From NCBI RefSeq assembly GCF_000354175.2, contig NC_022359.1, positions 1,020,001 to 1,052,000 on the forward strand: a DNA stretch of 32,000 nt. The letters are read 5' to 3'. Shown piece by piece: positions 26,699-32,000 of this stretch. Position 1 is the first letter of the stretch, and each line of letters starts with the position of its first letter. Source of the stretch: Vibrio alginolyticus NBRC 15630 = ATCC 17749 (lineage in GTDB: Bacteria; Pseudomonadota; Gammaproteobacteria; Enterobacterales; Vibrionaceae). Both the position numbers and the translations under genes were made by a program. The notes beneath the pieces were generated by a model. It did not search any database. It was not told the origin of the DNA and saw only the letters and a list, made by a program, of their open reading frames with translations.

Positions 26699-26718
26699 AT
26701 TGACTTAAACGTGTCGAG

Positions 26719-26847
26719 CTAAGATTTTAACCCTGCAGCGGTCATCATGACGCGAAATAACATAGACACTAACCCTAATGCAGCGACGCTAACGACCCAA
26801 ATTCCAACCATCCAAGCCCACTGGCGGCACCAATTTTTGATTTTCAT
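26719..26847 (-). CDS. Small membrane protein of 42 aa, DUF2474-like, downstream of the bd-oxidase subunit II gene
   Basis: This ORF is not in the ORF track. My own translation is MKIKNWCRQWAWMVGIWVVSVAALGLVSMLFRVMMTAAGLKS. AGGAG lies 5 nt upstream of the ATG. The ORF starts 20 nt after the cydB stop and encodes a single TM helix. Confidence 0.7.
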   Translation of the reverse strand: MKIKNWCRQWAWMVGIWVVSVAALGLVSMLFRVMMTAAGLKS

Positions 26848-26867
26848 ACTCACTCCTTATCAACTCG

Positions 26868-27890
26868 TTAATGGTACGCTTCGTCTTCTTTCACTTTTCC
26901 GGAGAAGACGTAGTAACTCCAAAAGGTGTAAGCCAGAATGATCGGGATGATGATCACCGCTCCAACGAGCATAAAGCGCTGACTGCTTGCAGGAGCCGCT
27001 GCTTCCCATATCGATATGCTAGGAGGAATGATATTTGGCCAGATACTGATGCCAAGCCCAGCGAACCCGAGAATCACGATCACCAATGCCATCACGAAAG
27101 GGCTGCGCTCTTTACGCTTTTTAACGGAGTCGGCAATCTTCAAACAGACCAGCCCAGTAATGACAGGTACGGGCAGTAAGTAGAACAAATTAGGCAGAGA
27201 AAACCATCTTTCCGCAATGGCAGGGTAAGCAAGTGGAGTCCAAGCGCTCACAATGACTAATGCGGAGATCATTGCCAGTAGTGTTTTGTTAGTGAAGCGG
27301 TACATCGTGTTTTGCAGTTCACCTTCCGTCTTCATGATGAGCCATGTGCTACCAAGCAGCGCGTACGTTGCGACTAAACCCAAACCACAAAAGATGGGAA
27401 AAGGGCTGAGCCAGTCGAGTTGGCTACCTACGAAGACGCGGTTTTCCACCGCAAAGCCTTGAATTACCGCGCCAACAACGATGCCTTGGAAAAACGTGGT
27501 TAAAATCGAGCCGACCATAAAAGAGCGATCCCAGAACTTTAAGTGGCTTTCCAATGCTTTAAAGCGAAACTCAAACGCGACGCCACGAAAGATCAAAGCA
27601 ATCAACATCAACGTTAAAGGGATGGTTAGCGCTTCAATAATCACCGCGTAAGCCATCGGAAAAGCGCCAAATAGAGATGCGCCTCCAAGCACAATCCAAG
27701 TTTCGTTGCCGTCCCAAACTGGCGCGACACTGTTGACCATGACGTCTTTTTGTTTTTCATCCTTGATGAAGGGCATCAGTATTCCAATACCCAAATCGAA
27801 GCCGTCCATGATGATGTACATCAAAGTGGCAAAAACGATGATCGCGAACCAAATCACGGATAAATCAAAATGCATATTCTCTACCTTCAC
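26868..27890 (-). CDS. cydB: Cytochrome bd-type ubiquinol oxidase subunit II (CioB-type)
   Basis: 340 aa, polytopic, with a CydB-like N-terminus (LSVIWFAIIVFATLMYIIMDGFDLGIG). It follows subunit I after a 13-nt gap. Confidence 0.9.
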   Translation of the reverse strand: MKVENMHFDLSVIWFAIIVFATLMYIIMDGFDLGIGILMPFIKDEKQKDVMVNSVAPVWDGNETWIVLGGASLFGAFPMAYAVIIEALTIPLTLMLIALIFRGVAFEFRFKALESHLKFWDRSFMVGSILTTFFQGIVVGAVIQGFAVENRVFVGSQLDWLSPFPIFCGLGLVATYALLGSTWLIMKTEGELQNTMYRFTNKTLLAMISALVIVSAWTPLAYPAIAERWFSLPNLFYLLPVPVITGLVCLKIADSVKKRKERSPFVMALVIVILGFAGLGISIWPNIIPPSISIWEAAAPASSQRFMLVGAVIIIPIILAYTFWSYYVFSGKVKEDEAYH

Positions 27891-27903
27891 TTTGTGACAA
27901 ATT

Positions 27904-29268
27904 CTAAATGCGACCTGAAACGGTCGTCATGTCGTGCTCATCGTGTTCGATTGCATCGGGGCCTTTCTTGATTTGGTGGATCATATAGTAATAACCAAAA
28001 CCAAATACCAAGCTGTATACAACAAGGAAACACAGCAGGCTGATGCTCATTTGTAGGTCTCCGTGTGCAGAAACCGCATCACGCGTTTTTTGTACGCCAT
28101 ACACGACCCAAGGTTGCCGACCAACCTCTGTCGTAAACCAGCCAGCGAGTATTGCGATAAGACCAGATGGCCCCATAAACAATGAAAACTTGAGGAACCA
28201 ACGCGAAGTATAAAGCGTGTTCTTTTTTCGTAACCATATGCTGTAGAAGCTTTGAAAAATCATCAGAAGTCCTAGCCCGACCATGATTCGAAATGACCAA
28301 AAGACGATAGGTGAGTTCGGTCGTTCCTCTTTCGGGAAGTCTTTCAGCGCCGGGATTGGCTCAGTTAAACTGTGGCGTAGGATCAAACTTCCTAAAACAG
28401 GAATTTCTAAGGCATAGTCTGTGCGTTCTTGTTCCATGTTTGGCATGCCGAACAATATCAATGGGGTTGGTTTGCCATCGCTGTTATCCCAATGTCCTTC
28501 GATGGCAGCGATTTTGGCGGGCTGGTGTTCCAGAGTGTTTAGCCCGTGCACATCGCCAATCACGGCTTGGAGTGGCGCAAGGAACACTAAGATCCCGAGC
28601 GACATCGAAAACATGGTTTTTACCGCAGTCGATTGATTGCCTCTCAATAAATGCCAAGCGGCTGACGCGCCTACAAAGAGTGCTGAACTGACGAAAGCCG
28701 CGACGCTCATGTGCGCCAAACGATAAGGAAATGAAGGATTGAAAACGATAGCAAACCAGTCGGTTGGCACCACACGTCCGTCGACAATTTCATAGCCTTG
28801 TGGCGTTTGCATCCAACTGTTGGAGGCGAGAATCCAGAACGTCGAAATGATCGTGCCTAACGCCACCATCGAGGTTGCAAAAAAGTGCAGCTTTTCGCCG
28901 ACGCGACGCCACCCAAACAGCATTACGCCAAGAAATCCGGCTTCGAGAAAGAAAGCCGTTAACACTTCATAAGTCAGTAATGGGCCAGTGATAGAACCAG
29001 CGAAGTCGGAGAAACCACTCCAGTTGGTGCCGAATTGATAGGCCATGACAAGACCAGATACAACACCCATTCCAAAGTTAACCGCAAAAATTTTCGACCA
29101 GAAGTGATAGAGCTTTTGGTAATCGGGATTGCGTGTTTTTAGCCATAAGCCTTCCAGCACGGCGAGATAGGTGGCCAAACCTATGGTGATAGCGGGGAAA
29201 ATAATATGAAAGGATACCGTAAAGGCGAACTGTATCCGTGCAAGCATAAATGCGTCGAGGCCAAACAT
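27904..29268 (-). CDS. cydA: Cytochrome bd-type ubiquinol oxidase subunit I, short Q-loop (cyanide-insensitive oxidase CioA-type)
   Basis: It carries the conserved blocks ARIQFAFTVSFHIIFP and GWFTTEVGRQPW. At 454 aa it is shorter than the roughly 520-aa long-Q-loop CydA. Confidence 0.9.
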   Translation of the reverse strand: MFGLDAFMLARIQFAFTVSFHIIFPAITIGLATYLAVLEGLWLKTRNPDYQKLYHFWSKIFAVNFGMGVVSGLVMAYQFGTNWSGFSDFAGSITGPLLTYEVLTAFFLEAGFLGVMLFGWRRVGEKLHFFATSMVALGTIISTFWILASNSWMQTPQGYEIVDGRVVPTDWFAIVFNPSFPYRLAHMSVAAFVSSALFVGASAAWHLLRGNQSTAVKTMFSMSLGILVFLAPLQAVIGDVHGLNTLEHQPAKIAAIEGHWDNSDGKPTPLILFGMPNMEQERTDYALEIPVLGSLILRHSLTEPIPALKDFPKEERPNSPIVFWSFRIMVGLGLLMIFQSFYSIWLRKKNTLYTSRWFLKFSLFMGPSGLIAILAGWFTTEVGRQPWVVYGVQKTRDAVSAHGDLQMSISLLCFLVVYSLVFGFGYYYMIHQIKKGPDAIEHDEHDMTTVSGRI

Positions 29269-29404
29269 TAAACTTCCTTTGATCTTTTAAGTTTTATGAG
29301 AGAGCTATTTTAAGAGGAGCGGAATGAGGGAAGTAGGTACAGACAGTGACTATAAACCTATAACAGATTAAATATTGAAGTGTTATTATTTTGAATTCGG
29401 CTTT

Positions 29405-30838
29405 ATGGAAGGGGATTTGCGTTTGGCGAAGTATCAAGAGTTAGTGGAACAGCTTAAAAGGCAGATAAAATCGGGGATATGGCATCCGGGTGACAAGCTG
29501 CCTTCGCTGCGTCGCCAATCTGAACACTCGGGTTTGAGCTTGATGACGGTGTTGCACGCGTATCAAATTCTGGAATCTCAAGGCTGGGTCACGTCACAGC
29601 CGCGATCTGGTTATCGAGTAGCGCCCAATATTAAGAGCTCAAATGAACCCCAAGCGCCAGCCGCGGTTTCGTGGACTGAGCAGGTAGACATCAATGAGTT
29701 TATCTTTGATGTTCTGCAGGCGAGTAAAAATCCATCCATGATCAATTTTGGCTTTGCCTATCCAGACCCAAGTTTGTACCCACGATATCACGTGAATCGG
29801 GCGATGAGCGCAGCCGCTCGCAATATGCCGATTTCCACCACCTTTGATAACTTACCGCCGGGAAACGAGCAATTACGCACCATCATCGCGAAGCGTTATG
29901 CTGCGAAAGGCATTGAAATTTCACCCGATGAAATTGTCATTACGGCAGGCGCGCTGGAGGCGTTAACGCTCAGTTTGCAAGCCTGCACAAGACCGGGAGA
30001 TTGGGTGGTTGTGGAGTCGCCTGCATTTTATGGTGCATTGCAATCCTTAGAGCGGTTAGGTTTGAAAGCGCTCTCAGTAAGAACAGACCCAGTCACGGGC
30101 ATTGACCTAGACTCATTGGAACGAGCGCTGCAAACACACGATGTGAAAGCGTGCTGGCTGATGTCGAACTTCCAGAATCCTCTGGGTTTTACGCTTTCTA
30201 ACGAGAAAAAACAAAAGCTGATTGAACTGACACAGCGATATAACGTGCCAGTGATTGAAGATGACGTGTACAGCGAACTGCATGCAGGGAATGACTCGGT
30301 TTATCCACTAAGAATGTTTGATGACACGGGCAATACCATGTTGTGCTCCTCGTTTTCAAAATCATTAATCGCAGGGCTACGTATTGGTTGGGTTGCGGCG
30401 GGAAAGCGGGCGCTAGAGGTACAAAAGTTACAGTTAATGAGTACATTAGCGACGAGTGCACCAGTGCAAATGACATTGGTACACTATTTAACAAGCCGCA
30501 ATTATGAATCTCATTTGAAGCAGTTACGGAAAAAGCTGTTTGAACGTAAAAGTAAGATGACGGTTCTGCTTAGTGAGCTGTTACCTGAAGCAGTCAAAGT
30601 GTTAAGCCAAAGCGGTGGGTACTTTATTTGGTTAGAGCTTCCCAAGCATATTGATGCCTTGCCGATATATCGAGAAGCGCTAAAAGGTAATATCAGCATC
30701 GCACCGGGAAAGATGTTCAGCCTGACAGAACAATACGATCACTGTATTCGTCTTAACGCTTCTTTTGAGCTCAATGACAAATATGTTCATGCTCTCAATC
30801 TGCTCGCTAATATTATTCGCGAGCATTTGGCGAAATAG
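29405..30838 (+). CDS. MocR-subfamily GntR regulator (winged HTH fused to a fold-type I PLP aminotransferase-like domain)
   Basis: A GntR HTH (LPSLRRQSEHSGLSLMTVLHAYQILESQGWV) is joined to an aminotransferase-like domain containing SFSKSL, the PLP-Lys context. I prefer the ATG at 29405; the ORF-track start at 29375 is a TTG. Confidence 0.85.
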   Translation: MEGDLRLAKYQELVEQLKRQIKSGIWHPGDKLPSLRRQSEHSGLSLMTVLHAYQILESQGWVTSQPRSGYRVAPNIKSSNEPQAPAAVSWTEQVDINEFIFDVLQASKNPSMINFGFAYPDPSLYPRYHVNRAMSAAARNMPISTTFDNLPPGNEQLRTIIAKRYAAKGIEISPDEIVITAGALEALTLSLQACTRPGDWVVVESPAFYGALQSLERLGLKALSVRTDPVTGIDLDSLERALQTHDVKACWLMSNFQNPLGFTLSNEKKQKLIELTQRYNVPVIEDDVYSELHAGNDSVYPLRMFDDTGNTMLCSSFSKSLIAGLRIGWVAAGKRALEVQKLQLMSTLATSAPVQMTLVHYLTSRNYESHLKQLRKKLFERKSKMTVLLSELLPEAVKVLSQSGGYFIWLELPKHIDALPIYREALKGNISIAPGKMFSLTEQYDHCIRLNASFELNDKYVHALNLLANIIREHLAK

Positions 30839-30847
30839 CGACTTTCT

Positions 30848-31396
30848 TCAGTTTTTTGGTTTAATGGAGCGCGCCGGATTTCCAACAACTCGATCGCCCG
30901 GCGCAACGTCTTTGGTTACGACAGAGCCAGCGCCGACGACGGCCTCATCGCCAATGGTCACGCCCGGCAGTATGATTGCGCCCCCACCAATCCAAACGTT
31001 ATTGCCAATTGTTACCGGTTTGGCGATCTCATCTCCGGCTAAGCGTCTTTGTGTATCGAGTGAATGAGCGGCTGTGTAAATTTGCACTCTAGGCCCAATC
31101 ATGACGTTCGCGCCAACCTCAACCTGCCCATTGTCCAGAATAATGGCATCCCAGTTGATGTAGGTGTTTTCTCCGATGGACAAGTGACAACCGTAGGTAA
31201 GTTGTAGCGGTGGCTCTATACAGGCGCTGTTTTTTAATTGGACGCCCATTTCCGCCAATAGTTGTCTACGGATATCTGGGTTTGGCTCGTGGTTAAATTG
31301 GAAGACAAGCTGCGCAGTTTTGGCGCGCATTAGCTTTAGTTCTTCATCCAGACAATTATAGGCTTCTCCAGAGCGCATCCGAGTCAGTTCTGACAT
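30848..31396 (-). CDS. Maltose/galactoside O-acetyltransferase-like protein (left-handed beta-helix, hexapeptide repeat)
   Basis: It has hexapeptide repeats (IGNNVWIGGGAIILPGVTIGDEAVVGAGSVV) and a Maa-like N-terminus (MRSGEAYN). I prefer the start at 31396; the ORF-track start is 31435. Confidence 0.85.
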   Translation of the reverse strand: MSELTRMRSGEAYNCLDEELKLMRAKTAQLVFQFNHEPNPDIRRQLLAEMGVQLKNSACIEPPLQLTYGCHLSIGENTYINWDAIILDNGQVEVGANVMIGPRVQIYTAAHSLDTQRRLAGDEIAKPVTIGNNVWIGGGAIILPGVTIGDEAVVGAGSVVTKDVAPGDRVVGNPARSIKPKN

Positions 31397-31726
31397 AACA
31401 ATCATTCCATCAATGTTATTTGCAATAAGGTGCATAATAGGTGAGAGTGATTCGAAGTGAAAATTTGATGCTTAAAAATCAGAAAGTTATCACTGATTTA
31501 CCTTGCGTATCCAGTTGGTTGATTGGCTCGTTTAGTTCACAAAGACGTATTCCCTAAATGGCTTAATCGGTTGAAAAAGTGGGAAACCACTCGAAGCGTT
31601 TTACGTAGATTACAATATAGTTAATAGGAAGAACTTAATTGAGCCGCTGCGCTATCGATTGGGCTAAAAATATAAGACTTATGCGCTCTGGCTTGCTGAT
31701 AACGATGAATCAAGAGTGAGCACTTT

Positions 31727-32000
31727 ATGTTCGAACGGGTCATTTCATTTTTAGAAACAACACTGTTTACCTTTAACGAACAACCTATCACGTTGTGGGC
31801 GATATTGATGGTGCCGACATGGGTCATTGTCGCTTTATGGTTATCCAAAATTTTGATCAAAACCGTTACGTCAAGAATGTCTTCATCGGGGAAAGACCCA
31901 AACGTGATTCATTTGGTTAAACGGATATTATTTGTCATCGCTCTCGCCATTATTTTTATGACCACACTTTCGATGATAAATGTGCCAATTACCGCGTTTG
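31727..32000 (+). CDS. Probable mechanosensitive (MscS-family) channel, N-terminal 91 aa. The gene runs off the window end.
   Basis: The frame is open from the ATG at 31727 to the window edge, so it is not in the ORF track. It encodes two TM helices. The pattern (F..EQPITLWAIL...; basic linker; second TM) is typical of MscS-family N-termini. The antisense 79-aa ORF on the opposite strand is less plausible. Confidence 0.5.
   Translation, partial: MFERVISFLETTLFTFNEQPITLWAILMVPTWVIVALWLSKILIKTVTSRMSSSGKDPNVIHLVKRILFVIALAIIFMTTLSMINVPITAF

Noticed and set aside
26747-26941. A 64-aa plus-strand ORF from the ORF track
   Set aside because: It overlaps the 3' end of cydB and the better-supported minus-strand DUF2474-like small ORF. 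It has no RBS and its composition is implausible.
31621-31860. A 79-aa minus-strand ORF
   Set aside because: The opposite strand carries an open frame from the ATG at 31727 to the window edge, and that frame encodes MscS-like TM helices. The minus-strand product has no recognisable features.
1-32000. A scan of the whole window for CRISPR arrays, tRNA/rRNA genes, IS or transposase genes, integrases, toxin-antitoxin pairs and defence-island signatures
   Set aside because: I saw no spaced direct-repeat arrays, no tRNA-like T-arm motifs in the intergenic regions, and no transposase-, integrase- or nuclease-like ORFs. Apart from the one low-GC gene, the window reads as housekeeping and catabolic chromosome.

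Overview
This window looks like a densely packed chromosomal segment from a Vibrionaceae-like gammaproteobacterium. That taxon is inferred only from protein families and gene order and cannot be verified here. I support about 30 protein genes. I found no rRNA, tRNA, CRISPR, IS, transposase or phage genes.

Gene order, left to right:
- The 3' part of an mrp/mnh multisubunit cation/H+ antiporter operon (mrpD'EFG).
- A GntR/HutC regulator divergent from a GH4 6-phospho-alpha-glucosidase and a PTS EIICB gene (alpha-glucoside use).
- Acetoacetyl-CoA synthetase, downstream of etfBA.
- etfBA divergent from ETF-ubiquinone oxidoreductase.
- A 7-gene Liv/HAAT-type ABC importer operon carrying two adenylate-forming (ANL) ligase genes.
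- A TPMT/HOL-like methyltransferase.
- The acetoin operon (budA/alsD, alsS, SDR) with a divergent LysR regulator.
- A HAD phosphatase followed by a low-GC orphan secreted protein.
- A CioAB-type cytochrome bd oxidase followed by a 42-aa DUF2474-like ORF that is absent from the ORF track, with a divergent MocR regulator.
- A Maa-like acetyltransferase.
- The start of an MscS-like channel gene.

Best candidate for an under-described system: the ABC importer with translationally coupled ligases (11829-19957).
- The PaaK-like ligase lacks the canonical phosphate-binding loop.
- The operon carries the same 16-bp palindromic operator-like motif found in the etfBA/ETF-QO divergent promoter, which suggests a shared regulon.

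Most of the rest of the window is ordinary, recognisable metabolism.
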